Origin: Candidatus Poribacteria bacterium
GTDB lineage: Bacteria; Poribacteria; WGA-4E; WGA-3G
Assembly: GCA_965214095.1 (NCBI GenBank)
Contig: OZ243938.1
Location: 3,392,001 to 3,456,000 of the forward strand
Direction: 5' to 3'
DNA: 64,000 nucleotides
This document shows positions 49,013 to 58,842 of the stretch, in pieces; positions within the stretch are counted from its first letter, which is position 1; the number at the start of each line of letters is the position of its first letter. Below the pieces are notes generated by a model. It ran no database searches, was not told where the DNA came from, and saw only the letters and a program-made list of their open reading frames with translations. The position numbers and the translations under genes were made by a program.

Positions 49013-49411
49013 ATGCTGTTTAATTTTGCCAATGTGCTAATTTTCTTAGTTGTTGGTTGTCTGTTTGTCATCCTCAACCTCACAATTTCTCGTCTTCTAC
49101 ATACAAAGATATTTTCTGGTGAAAAGTGTATCCCTTATGAATGCGGGGAAGACCCGATTGGCGATACACGGATAAAGTTCAACACCCGATTTTATGTCAT
49201 TGCACTCATCTTCTTAATATTTGACGTTGAAGTTGTGTTTCTGTTGCCGTGGGCCGTTGTATTTAGAGATATAGGTCTTTTGGCATTTGTGGAAATGCTT
49301 GTTTTTATTGCTATTCTGTTAGTTGGACTTGCTTATGTTTGGGCAAAAGGTGACCTTGAATGGATAAAATCTACGCAGTTAGAGGTACAATCCATACAAC
49401 GGGAGGAATGA
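49013..49411 (+). CDS. nuoA: NADH-quinone oxidoreductase subunit A
   Basis: PYECG, FLIFDVE and KGDLEW. Confidence 0.95.
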   Translation: MLFNFANVLIFLVVGCLFVILNLTISRLLHTKIFSGEKCIPYECGEDPIGDTRIKFNTRFYVIALIFLIFDVEVVFLLPWAVVFRDIGLLAFVEMLVFIAILLVGLAYVWAKGDLEWIKSTQLEVQSIQREE

Positions 49412-49415
49412 TATA

Positions 49416-50039
49416 ATGCTTGAAGAAAAGTTAGACAAAAACGTAATTGTCACCTCAGTTGATGCAGTTGCAAACTGGGCACGTTCTTCAGCACTCTGGC
49501 CGATGACCTTCGGTTTGGCTTGTTGTGCAATTGAGTTTATGGCGGCGGCTGCGTCCAATTATGACTTAGATAGGTTCGGTGCAGGTGTGCCACGTGCAAC
49601 CCCTCGACAATCAGACTTAATGGTAATCTCAGGTACAGTTACGCTCAAGATGGCAACACGTATTAAAAGGTTGTATGAACAGATGCCTGAACCGAAGTAT
49701 GTTATCTCTATGGGTAGTTGCGCTACAAGTGGTGGTCCCTATTGGCAGCACGGATATCACGTACTTAAAGGTGTGGACAGGATTATTCCGGTTGATGTAT
49801 ATGTCCCTGGCTGTCCGCCACGTCCTGAAGCTCTCATTGAGGGGTTGCTGAAATTACAAGAAAAAATCAAAACGCAAACAGTTGCCAAACGCACCAATGC
49901 TCCATTCTTAAAGAGACTCTTTACGAAAACGGAATGGTACGAAATTGAAAAAGCAGAGAAAGCAGAAAAGGCTGAAGGTGCGGATGAGGAAGCCGAAACA
50001 ACGACACCTGAAGAAGAAAACGTTGAAAAAACTGCATAA
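49416..50039 (+). CDS. nuoB: NADH-quinone oxidoreductase subunit B
   Basis: [14 protein letters not shown] and PGCPPRPE; acidic C-terminal extension. Confidence 0.95.
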   Translation: MLEEKLDKNVIVTSVDAVANWARSSALWPMTFGLACCAIEFMAAAASNYDLDRFGAGVPRATPRQSDLMVISGTVTLKMATRIKRLYEQMPEPKYVISMGSCATSGGPYWQHGYHVLKGVDRIIPVDVYVPGCPPRPEALIEGLLKLQEKIKTQTVAKRTNAPFLKRLFTKTEWYEIEKAEKAEKAEGADEEAETTTPEEENVEKTA

Positions 50040-50072
50040 AAATGTCGTTATCTCATCTGGAGTAGATATTAA

Positions 50073-50558
50073 GTGAACCCAGAAGAAATCCATAAAACCC
50101 TATCCGACAAGTTTGGTGAAGCAATCCTCGGTTATGACACAGAACTTGCTGGCGACCCCAATATTCAGATCGCACCTACAGCAATTCACGAAGTGTGTCA
50201 ATTCCTCGCTGAAACTGATACGTTGGCGTTTGATTCTTTAATGTGTCTTAGTGGCGTTGACATGGGTGTTAAAGAAGAGGAACTCTCTGTTATTTATCAT
50301 CTCTACGCAATGCAACATAGACATAGTGTGGTTCTAAAAACATCAGTTCCGAAAACTGAAGCACACCTTCCTACCGTTTCACATATTTGGAAAACAGCAG
50401 ACTGGCACGAACGTGAAGCTTATGACCTATACGGAATTGTCTTTGAAGGACATACCGACCTGAGGCGTATTTTACTACCTGATGATTGGGAAGGATATCC
50501 ACTCCGAAAAGATTACCAAGAGCCTGATTTCTATCGCGGCATGCGTGTTCCGTATTAG
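50073..50558 (+). CDS. nuoC: NADH-quinone oxidoreductase subunit C
   Basis: WHEREAYDLYG...GYPLRKDY. Confidence 0.95.
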   Translation: MNPEEIHKTLSDKFGEAILGYDTELAGDPNIQIAPTAIHEVCQFLAETDTLAFDSLMCLSGVDMGVKEEELSVIYHLYAMQHRHSVVLKTSVPKTEAHLPTVSHIWKTADWHEREAYDLYGIVFEGHTDLRRILLPDDWEGYPLRKDYQEPDFYRGMRVPY

Positions 50559-50614
50559 ACAATACTTGAAATTAATATACATTATGGATAAAGTCTAACC
50601 CGATAATCCACATT

Positions 50615-51820
50615 ATGGAAAGCACACAACAAACAGAATCAAAGATCATAGAATTAAAGCCGTTCACTGATGAAATGATTGTCAATATGGGACCTCAGCA
50701 TCCGAGCACACACGGGGTGTTACGGTTGGAATTGAGGCTAGACGGTGAGATAGTACGTGAAGCGATTCCACATATCGGGTATCTCCACCGCTGTTTTGAG
50801 AAACACTCCGAAAACCTCTCTTACCCTCAAATCATCCCTTTTACGGATCGGATGGATTACGTTGCGGCGATGAATCAGAATTGGGGATTTTGTCTTGCTG
50901 TAGAGAAATTGCTTGAGGCGGATGAAACAAAGGATTTTGAAGTGCCGGAACGCGCAGAATATCTACGTGTATTAATCTGTGAATTAAATAGGATTGCAAG
51001 TCATTTGCTTTCTTTTGGCACTTACGGTATGGACCTCGGAGCATTTACACCGTTCCTCTATGCTTTTCGAGACCGAGAACGTCTTCTCCTACTTTTTGAA
51101 AAAGTCTGTGGGGCACGCCTTACCTATAACTATATCCGCATCGGTGGTGTCTCAGAAATCATTCCTCTTGAACCCGGTTCCATTGCAGAACAGAATTATT
51201 TGGACGAAATAGAAGGTTTTCTTGATTACTTTGAACCGAAAATTGACGAATACAACGACCTATTGACATCAAATAGTATTTTCTCGGAACGGACTATGGG
51301 TGTTGCTGTTATGTCCGAGGAGATGGCTCTTAGTTACGGTGCTACCGGTCCGAACCTTCGTGGTTCAGGCGTTGACTGGGATTTGCGGAGAGACGAACCC
51401 TATTCTATCTATGACCGATTTGATTATGATGTGCCGGTGGCTAAGGATATCCCTGAGTTAGGTGCTGTTCTCGGAGACTGTTGGAGTCGCTACAAAATAC
51501 GTATGGATGAAATGAAAGAGTCTGTCAAGATAGTACGGCAAATTTTGGCGGAAGGACTCCCTGATGGACCTGTCATGGCTGATTTGAAAGCTGTCCGTCC
51601 ACCGGCAGGTGAAATCTATTTCCGTAGTGAAGCACCGCGAGGTGAACTCGGATTTTATATCGTGAGTGACGGCACACCGAAACCCGTGCGTGTTAAGGGA
51701 CGTTCTCCATGCTTCAGTGCGTTGAGTGCACTACAGGAATTGAGCCGTGGTTTGATGGTTGCAGATATTATCGCAATTATCGGCAGCATTGATATTGTTA
51801 TGGGAGAAGTTGATCGATAG
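50615..51820 (+). CDS. nuoD: NADH-quinone oxidoreductase subunit D
   Basis: NMGPQHPSTHGVLR, GYLHR and GEVDR. Confidence 0.96.
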   Translation: MESTQQTESKIIELKPFTDEMIVNMGPQHPSTHGVLRLELRLDGEIVREAIPHIGYLHRCFEKHSENLSYPQIIPFTDRMDYVAAMNQNWGFCLAVEKLLEADETKDFEVPERAEYLRVLICELNRIASHLLSFGTYGMDLGAFTPFLYAFRDRERLLLLFEKVCGARLTYNYIRIGGVSEIIPLEPGSIAEQNYLDEIEGFLDYFEPKIDEYNDLLTSNSIFSERTMGVAVMSEEMALSYGATGPNLRGSGVDWDLRRDEPYSIYDRFDYDVPVAKDIPELGAVLGDCWSRYKIRMDEMKESVKIVRQILAEGLPDGPVMADLKAVRPPAGEIYFRSEAPRGELGFYIVSDGTPKPVRVKGRSPCFSALSALQELSRGLMVADIIAIIGSIDIVMGEVDR

Positions 51821-51851
51821 ATCATTATTGACGGTCGGTGTAGGAGATTAG

Positions 51852-53093
51852 ATGCCAGAAATATTTTCAGAGAGTTTCTTTCCAAAAATAAACTTGCAAG
51901 AAAGTTCCAATTGGGCAACGGATTTCGTGCAGGAAGCGATTATACCACTATTGCCAGAAGCACTTAGGGGCGATTTCCCAGTAGAATTAGGAACAATTCT
52001 CGTGATGTTTGCCTTGGCAGGTATTTTCGTTGCTCTAGTTCCCTTGCTTCCATTAGTATTAGTGCTTGCAGAACGGAAAGTTGCCGCACGTTTTCAGAAT
52101 AGAACTGGTCCCATGCGTGTTGGTCCTTGGGGGACCTTACAAACACTGGCAGATGGCGTGAAACTGATCTTCAAAGAGGATTATATTCCACCACAAGGAG
52201 ACAAAATCCTTTTCATGCTTGCACCCTATGTCATTTTTGCTTGTTCTTTCGCTGTTTTCGCGGCTATCCCTTTTGGACAAAGTATCTTAGTGAGCGATTT
52301 TAATATCGGTATCTTCTATATCATGGCAATTTCTTCAGTAATTGTCATGGGTGTAATTATGGCGGGATGGTCATCAAATAGTAAATGGTCCCTGTTAGGT
52401 TCACTTCGCTCTGCTGCACAGATTGTCAGTTATGAAATCCCCCTCGGTCTCTCTATATTGACTATTGTAATGCTCGTAGGAAGTTTGAGCATGAGAGATA
52501 TAGTGGCAAGTCAGGATGGTGGTATTTTTACTTGGCTGATATTTCGGTCTCCTTTTACTTTTCTTGCATTCTTTATCTTCTTTATATCTGCTATTGCTGA
52601 GGTTAACCGAACACCATTTGATCTCCCTGAAGCAGAATCCGAGATTGTTGCGGGTTTCCATACCGAATATAGCGGCATGCGGTTTGCACTTTTCTTCATT
52701 GCCGAATACGCAAATATGTTCGCTGTGAGTGCAATCGCTGTGACGCTCTTCCTCGGTGGGTATGAAGGTGTTTTACCGGGGTACGATTTTCTCGGTGGAT
52801 TACCAGGATTTGTTCTAAAAACATTGAGTCTTGTCTTCCTAATGATGTGGTTGAGATGGACACTACCACGGCTACGCGTTGATCAACTCATGAATCTGTG
52901 CTGGAAATACTTTATACCGATTTCATTCTTTAATATATTTGGCACAGGAATATGGGGGCTGATTTTTGAAACAGATGATGTATGGAGTATCGGCATCAGT
53001 TGTGCTATCATCTATGTTGGTCTAATCAGTGCTTATGCGATTGCTGGAAGGAATCTTGCGCGAAAGCCTGAACCACAACCGAGTTCTGCTTAA
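51852..53093 (+). CDS. nuoH: NADH-quinone oxidoreductase subunit H
   Basis: ERKV.A..Q.R.GP, PFDLPEAESE and PRLRVDQ. Confidence 0.95.
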   Translation: MPEIFSESFFPKINLQESSNWATDFVQEAIIPLLPEALRGDFPVELGTILVMFALAGIFVALVPLLPLVLVLAERKVAARFQNRTGPMRVGPWGTLQTLADGVKLIFKEDYIPPQGDKILFMLAPYVIFACSFAVFAAIPFGQSILVSDFNIGIFYIMAISSVIVMGVIMAGWSSNSKWSLLGSLRSAAQIVSYEIPLGLSILTIVMLVGSLSMRDIVASQDGGIFTWLIFRSPFTFLAFFIFFISAIAEVNRTPFDLPEAESEIVAGFHTEYSGMRFALFFIAEYANMFAVSAIAVTLFLGGYEGVLPGYDFLGGLPGFVLKTLSLVFLMMWLRWTLPRLRVDQLMNLCWKYFIPISFFNIFGTGIWGLIFETDDVWSIGISCAIIYVGLISAYAIAGRNLARKPEPQPSSA

Positions 53094-53104
53094 TTGGGGG
53101 AATT

Positions 53105-53392
53105 ATGAACACGATGACAGACATTTTGGTGAGAGCGAAACATAAGATTATTTATCACTTAGGCCATATAGGATTATCAATGCTAATTATTGGATGGATA
53201 ATCCTGGAATATGGTAATTTGATAGGGTGGACACTGAGTTCACGGGGTTTAATCGGAGCTGTGTTGATCTGTATCGGCTGCTACTGCTGGACATGGGCAA
53301 CAAAGAATAACAAGTTACTTTTGTTTTTTAGCGGTTTTGTTAGTGCCCTCCTATTAATCCTTGTGCTTACTAAATTGAAAGGTTTCTGGTAA
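53105..53392 (+). CDS. Small three-TM hypothetical membrane protein inside the nuo operon
   Basis: 95 aa, hydrophobic, with an RBS-like GGGGGAA; lies between nuoH and nuoI. Confidence 0.6.
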   Translation: MNTMTDILVRAKHKIIYHLGHIGLSMLIIGWIILEYGNLIGWTLSSRGLIGAVLICIGCYCWTWATKNNKLLLFFSGFVSALLLILVLTKLKGFW

Positions 53393-53438
53393 ACCGACTT
53401 GAGTGTGAAAACTATAGACCTACAAAGGAACATTCGTT

Positions 53439-54158
53439 ATGGACAAATACATACGCAACATATACAAGGGTGTTTACACCGTTCTCGTAGGCATGCGGAT
53501 TACGATTCGGCAGTTCTTTGAACCGAATGTGACGCACCAATACCCTTACGAACACGATTTTGAAAAGAAGCAGAATGTTCGAGAAATTCCAAAAGGATAT
53601 CGCGGTCAACTCTATAATCGGATTGAGGATTGCATCGGGTGCAAGAAGTGTGAGATGATCTGTCCTGTGGATTGTATTACAATTGAAGGCACAAAACTCC
53701 CAAAAGGCGAACAACTGTGGGATAGCATGAACGTTGTGCATCTCAAAGATGGTCGTGAAATCATCGGTCTCATTGAAGGCAGCGACAAGAAGTTAAATCT
53801 TGATGAACCAATCACGCTTACGAATATCAGCTCTCGCCAAGGGGCGCAGGAAGTCGTTGACCGCTTAGAAGAATCGGGAGATGAAAACCGAACCCAAACA
53901 ATTTCTGGCGAAGAGGTCTCTCGTGTTGTAACACGAAACCCCGTGGTTTTCTATCTGGATCAGTTTGATATTGACATGTCCCTTTGTATGTATTGTGGAC
54001 TTTGCACAGAGGTTTGTCCGACTGAGTGTCTTACTATGAAGGATACACTTGAGGGGATTGAATACTCAAGTTTTGACCGCAACGACTTAATATTTGAATT
54101 TGATAAACAAGAGATGTATGATAAAGATGACAACGAGGTTGTTGAAGCTGCTGATTAG
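53439..54158 (+). CDS. nuoI: NADH-quinone oxidoreductase subunit I with a large internal insertion
   Basis: CIGCKKCEMICP and CMYCGLCTEVCP are separated by 106 aa. Confidence 0.92.
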   Translation: MDKYIRNIYKGVYTVLVGMRITIRQFFEPNVTHQYPYEHDFEKKQNVREIPKGYRGQLYNRIEDCIGCKKCEMICPVDCITIEGTKLPKGEQLWDSMNVVHLKDGREIIGLIEGSDKKLNLDEPITLTNISSRQGAQEVVDRLEESGDENRTQTISGEEVSRVVTRNPVVFYLDQFDIDMSLCMYCGLCTEVCPTECLTMKDTLEGIEYSSFDRNDLIFEFDKQEMYDKDDNEVVEAAD

Positions 54159-54182
54159 AAATTTTGTAGGATAGTTGTATAG

Positions 54183-54701
54183 ATGGAATTTACACTCAAG
54201 ATGTTTGTTTTTTACGGTTTTGCACTGCTAACAATTGGTTCAGCACTGGCGGTGGTAACCCTTCGTAACATTGTTCACACGGCGTTTGCACTAATGGTCA
54301 CACTGTTCGGTGTCGCAGGATTATATGTCTTTTTACAAGCAGATTTCCTTGCAGCAACACAAGTAATTGTCTATGTCGGTGGGATTCTGGTACTTATCCT
54401 CTTCGGTGTTATGATGACAAGTGGACGGTTAGAGATGCGTATCCATATTGAACGCGGGCAACTGTTATTAGGTGCTGGAATTTCTATTGCGCTGTTGATG
54501 CTCCTCTTGACTGTCATTGCGAATATGCCTATTTGGAAAAATCTTACAGATGATGGAGCACCACTTGAACCGACAACTAAACAGATCGGTGAGATGATTT
54601 TGCAAGATAAGTTTTTACTCCCATTTGAGGTAGTTTCCGTTCTATTGTTGGTAGCGTTAATTGGTGCTGCCCTTATTTCACGTAAGGAGGTACGGGATTA
54701 A
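54183..54701 (+). CDS. nuoJ: NADH-quinone oxidoreductase subunit J
   Basis: QVIVYVGGILVL and PFEVVSVLLL. Confidence 0.94.
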   Translation: MEFTLKMFVFYGFALLTIGSALAVVTLRNIVHTAFALMVTLFGVAGLYVFLQADFLAATQVIVYVGGILVLILFGVMMTSGRLEMRIHIERGQLLLGAGISIALLMLLLTVIANMPIWKNLTDDGAPLEPTTKQIGEMILQDKFLLPFEVVSVLLLVALIGAALISRKEVRD

Positions 54702-54725
54702 CCCCGTAGTGCCTTAAGGACAATA

Positions 54726-55058
54726 ATGAGTCTACAACACTATTTGGTAATCAGTTCAATTCTATTCACACTCGGTATTTTCGCAGTGCTAACTCGGAAG
54801 AATGCAATCAGTATTCTAATGGGTATTGAACTAATTCTTAACTCCTGTAATCTGAATTTCGTAGCGTTTTCTCGGTTTGTTGAACCTGCTGAAAACATAG
54901 TTGGTAGGAGTGCCTATCTCCTTGATGGTCAGATAATCGCTATCTTTGGTATTGTGCTTGCTGCCGCAGAAGCAGCTGTTTTTCTCGCTATTATTCTCGC
55001 AATCTACCGTGAATTCGGTAGCATACGTCCAGACGAAGTGGATACGTTAAAAGGTTAA
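54726..55058 (+). CDS. nuoK: NADH-quinone oxidoreductase subunit K
   Basis: MGIELILN and AAAEAAV. Confidence 0.94.
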   Translation: MSLQHYLVISSILFTLGIFAVLTRKNAISILMGIELILNSCNLNFVAFSRFVEPAENIVGRSAYLLDGQIIAIFGIVLAAAEAAVFLAIILAIYREFGSIRPDEVDTLKG

Positions 55059-55071
55059 AAGTAAAGTAAAT

Positions 55072-57258
55072 ATGGTTGTTCCCTTAATAAGTATCATCTT
55101 ACTTGCTCCGCTTGCTGCCTTTGCAATTTTTGCTCTATTCGGTTTAGCAAAACGGAGTTTCCCACGACAAGATATTTTGTCAACCGCTGCGATGCTTGTC
55201 GCGCTCGGTTGTTCTCTTTATCTCTTGAGTGAGACATCCGATCCGAAACCGCTTACTGTTGAGTGGCTTTCACTGGGTAGTATTACCTTGTCCATGGGGT
55301 TTTATCTTGACAGCGTTACGGTGATAATGTTGATTGTCGTCACGTTGGTGAGTAGTCTCGTCCATATCTTCTCTATAGGCTACATGCACGGTGATCCACG
55401 GTATCCAAGGTTTTTTGCATTTCTATCGCTTTTCTCATTTTCCATGCTGTTTTTGGTGGTATCGGATAACCTACTCGGTATCTATATCGGTTGGGAACTT
55501 GTCGGTCTCTGCTCATATCTGCTTATCGGTTTCTGGTTTGAAAAGGACTCCGCTGCGAATGCATGTAAGAAAGCGTTTCTAACAACCCGTGTCGGTGATG
55601 TCGGAATGTTCATCGGCATGATGATGTTGTTCAAAGAATTTGGCACTCTTTCCCTATATGGAACTGATGGCATTTTTGAAGCAGTGAGAACATTAGAAGC
55701 AGGACAAATAGCATGGCTTTCGGTAGCTGGTGTTCTTATCTTCTGTGGTGCTGTAGGTAAATCTGCACAAGTGCCGTTGCACACATGGCTACCCGATGCA
55801 ATGGAAGGACCTACACCTGTCAGTGCATTAATCCACGCTGCTACAATGGTTGCCGCTGGTGTCTATCTCGTGGCACGGATGTTCCCTATTTTGACACCGA
55901 GCTCATCTCTGGTAATCGCTTATGTGGGTGGTATTACTGCAATCGTTGCAGCAACAATAGCGATTGTTCGATTTGACATCAAGCGCGTTTTGGCATACTC
56001 TACCGTGAGTCAATTAGGATTTATGATGTTAGCACTTGGTGCTGGTAGTTATGTTGCAGGACTATTCCACCTGACCACGCATGCATTTTTCAAAGCGTTG
56101 CTGTTCCTCGGTTCTGGAAGCGTCATCCACGCCTTCCACGCAATGCACGCACATCATGACGAAGAGCATGCAGATGATAACGAACATGAACACGATGATC
56201 ACGGTTTAGTTCACGAACACGGTTCTGAAATCCCACCTGACCAAGATATGCGAAACATGGGTGGACTCCGCCGAAAGATGCCGCTGACATTTGGCACAAT
56301 GCTCATCGCAACGTTGTCTATCTCTGGAGTGCCTTTTGTTTTTTCAGGTTTTTGGAGTAAAGACAAGATTTTAGCAGGTGTGCTTGGACGGGCGATGGAA
56401 TGGAATTCTATACATCACTACATCCTGTTTGGTGTGGCTCTACTTGCAGCAGGAATTACAGCGTTCTATATGTTCCGTCTAATATTCATGACCTTTTTCG
56501 GTGAACCACGCAATCAGGAAATGCACGCTATGGCACACGAATCTCCATGGGTGATGGTGGTACCGCTAATGATATTGGCAGCCTTGAGTTTCCCTGTCGT
56601 CAACCACCTCTGGTTTAACAAAGACAATTTTAAACCACCTGTCCAACACCATATACATGCACCGCAACATGCCTACATTTCACCTGATACAAAAACAGGA
56701 GATGTGAATTTTGGACTTTCAATCTTTGGCATTTCCGAAGCACATGCAGCTGACGACGAAGGTGTCCATGCTGATGATGCACATCATGTACACGAGGTCG
56801 CACATAATATTGCAATGGCCTTGTCTATCATCGTTGCAGGTTTAGGAATACTGCTTTCTTGGCTATTCTATCATAAACGAAGGTTCTCTGCGGAATCTGT
56901 CGCTACTACTTTCCGACCAGTCTATACCTTATTTTGGAACAAATACTACTTTGACGAATTCTATAACGGTGTGTTAGTCGCACTTACGGTATGGAAATCA
57001 CGACTTTTCGCCAAATTTGACCTTTCTATCATTGATGGCATCGTCAACGGTGTTGCTACGATAACACGTGCAATCTTTGCCGCATCTATAGGCTTTTTTG
57101 ATAACCGTGTCATTGATGGTATTGTCAACCGTGTGGCAAAAATAATATGGTCTGTCGGTGGCAGAGTCCGAAGAATTCAAACAGGAGCAATACAAACCTA
57201 TCTCTTTGTCGTTCTTGGTGGGATAGTTTTGATTATTTTGATATTCCGGGTATTGTAA
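55072..57258 (+). CDS. nuoL: NADH-quinone oxidoreductase subunit L with His-rich insertions
   Basis: GKSAQ.PLHTWLPDAMEGPTPVSALIHAATM and HAFFKALLF. Confidence 0.96.
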   Translation: MVVPLISIILLAPLAAFAIFALFGLAKRSFPRQDILSTAAMLVALGCSLYLLSETSDPKPLTVEWLSLGSITLSMGFYLDSVTVIMLIVVTLVSSLVHIFSIGYMHGDPRYPRFFAFLSLFSFSMLFLVVSDNLLGIYIGWELVGLCSYLLIGFWFEKDSAANACKKAFLTTRVGDVGMFIGMMMLFKEFGTLSLYGTDGIFEAVRTLEAGQIAWLSVAGVLIFCGAVGKSAQVPLHTWLPDAMEGPTPVSALIHAATMVAAGVYLVARMFPILTPSSSLVIAYVGGITAIVAATIAIVRFDIKRVLAYSTVSQLGFMMLALGAGSYVAGLFHLTTHAFFKALLFLGSGSVIHAFHAMHAHHDEEHADDNEHEHDDHGLVHEHGSEIPPDQDMRNMGGLRRKMPLTFGTMLIATLSISGVPFVFSGFWSKDKILAGVLGRAMEWNSIHHYILFGVALLAAGITAFYMFRLIFMTFFGEPRNQEMHAMAHESPWVMVVPLMILAALSFPVVNHLWFNKDNFKPPVQHHIHAPQHAYISPDTKTGDVNFGLSIFGISEAHAADDEGVHADDAHHVHEVAHNIAMALSIIVAGLGILLSWLFYHKRRFSAESVATTFRPVYTLFWNKYYFDEFYNGVLVALTVWKSRLFAKFDLSIIDGIVNGVATITRAIFAASIGFFDNRVIDGIVNRVAKIIWSVGGRVRRIQTGAIQTYLFVVLGGIVLIILIFRVL

Positions 57259-57297
57259 TAAACTACCCGTGATGGGATGAGGAGGATCCCTACGAGA

Positions 57298-58833
57298 ATG
57301 GATCAGATATTGTTATCTCTAATGATTTTTGTCCCGTTGCTTGGGATGGTTGTTGTTTTTCTTTTACCTAATGATAGGGAAGAATTAATAAAACGCGTTG
57401 CACTTGCTTTTACACTTATACCACTGATACTTGCTGTCTATCTGTTTATTACCTACAACAAATTAAGTGCAGATACACAGTACTTTGTTAGCGTACCTTG
57501 GATTGATACTTTTCATATTAATTATCACGTTGGTATTGACGGTTTAAGTGTTACACTTCTGCTCCTCACTGCCCTTTTAGGACCAATCTGTGTCCTTGCC
57601 TCTTGGCGCAATATTGAAAAAGGTCTTAAGGCATACATGGCACTGTTCTTGTTGCTTGAGACCGGTATGTTAGGTTTCTTTGCTTCGTTAGACTTGTTCC
57701 TTTTCTTTGTTTTCTTTGAACTGACACTCCTCCCGATGTATTTCCTGATTGGTGTGTGGGGTGGACCGCGCCGAGAATACGCTGCTATTAAATTCTTCCT
57801 CTATACATTATTCGGCAGTGTGCTGATGCTGGTCGCAATCATTGCAGTCTATCTCAATAGCAATCTCGTCAATGGTGTCGTAGAAGGTGTGCGGACATTT
57901 GATATTCCAGAACTGATTCGGAGGGCGACCACCGTTGAAGGACATGCCCTTGGTGATTCCACGTTCCAAAAGTGGGTATTTCTCGGTTTCTTTATCGGTT
58001 TTGCAGTTAAAGTGCCGATCTTCCCATTCCATACATGGCTTCCCGATGCACACGTTGAAGCACCTACAGCGATTAGCGTTATACTTGCAGGTGTCTTACT
58101 GAAAATGGGAACTTATGGATTTGTGCGCATTAACATGGCGATGTTCCCTGAAGGTTTAGACTATTTCACAAATGGTGTAGGTTTTATGGGGCATAGTCTG
58201 GCACTACTCGGATTCATTAATATTGTATACGGATCCTTCTGTGCATTAGCACAAACCGACTTCAAAAAGTTAGTCGCATATTCCAGTATCGGACACATGG
58301 GATTTGTTATTTTAGGACTTGCAGCAAGAAACGCCGAAGGCATTAACGGAGCTGTTCTACAGATGTTTAATCACGGTGTCATCAGTGCAATGCTATTCCT
58401 ACTTGTCGGTGTTCTCTATGACCGAGCACATCATCGTGAGATAAACGGCTTTGGTGGTTTAGGAAACAGAATGCCTATTTATACAGGTATTACAACGCTT
58501 GCGTTTATGGCATCATTGGGATTACCCGGTTTGAGTGGATTTATCGGAGAAGCTCTATCATTATTCGGTGCATTCCAAGAATTCCCATTGCTAACTATCC
58601 TCTCTACGATAGGCATTGTCGTTGGTGCAGCATACTTCCTCTGGACACTCCAAAGAGTTTTCTTAGGTGCACTCAATCCTAAGTATGAAGAACTCCCAGA
58701 AATCAATCGTCGGGAAATCTTAACATTAGTGCCACTCGGAATACTGACCATTGTCCTCGGTATTTGGCCCAACATCGCAATTGATATGTTCAGCGAATCT
58801 GTGACCAATCTCGTAAACATAATTACGATATAG
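57298..58833 (+). CDS. nuoM: NADH-quinone oxidoreductase subunit M
   Basis: VKVPIFPFHTWLPDAHVEAPT and GLPGLSGF.GE. Confidence 0.96.
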   Translation: MDQILLSLMIFVPLLGMVVVFLLPNDREELIKRVALAFTLIPLILAVYLFITYNKLSADTQYFVSVPWIDTFHINYHVGIDGLSVTLLLLTALLGPICVLASWRNIEKGLKAYMALFLLLETGMLGFFASLDLFLFFVFFELTLLPMYFLIGVWGGPRREYAAIKFFLYTLFGSVLMLVAIIAVYLNSNLVNGVVEGVRTFDIPELIRRATTVEGHALGDSTFQKWVFLGFFIGFAVKVPIFPFHTWLPDAHVEAPTAISVILAGVLLKMGTYGFVRINMAMFPEGLDYFTNGVGFMGHSLALLGFINIVYGSFCALAQTDFKKLVAYSSIGHMGFVILGLAARNAEGINGAVLQMFNHGVISAMLFLLVGVLYDRAHHREINGFGGLGNRMPIYTGITTLAFMASLGLPGLSGFIGEALSLFGAFQEFPLLTILSTIGIVVGAAYFLWTLQRVFLGALNPKYEELPEINRREILTLVPLGILTIVLGIWPNIAIDMFSESVTNLVNIITI

Positions 58834-58842
58834 GAGAACTGT

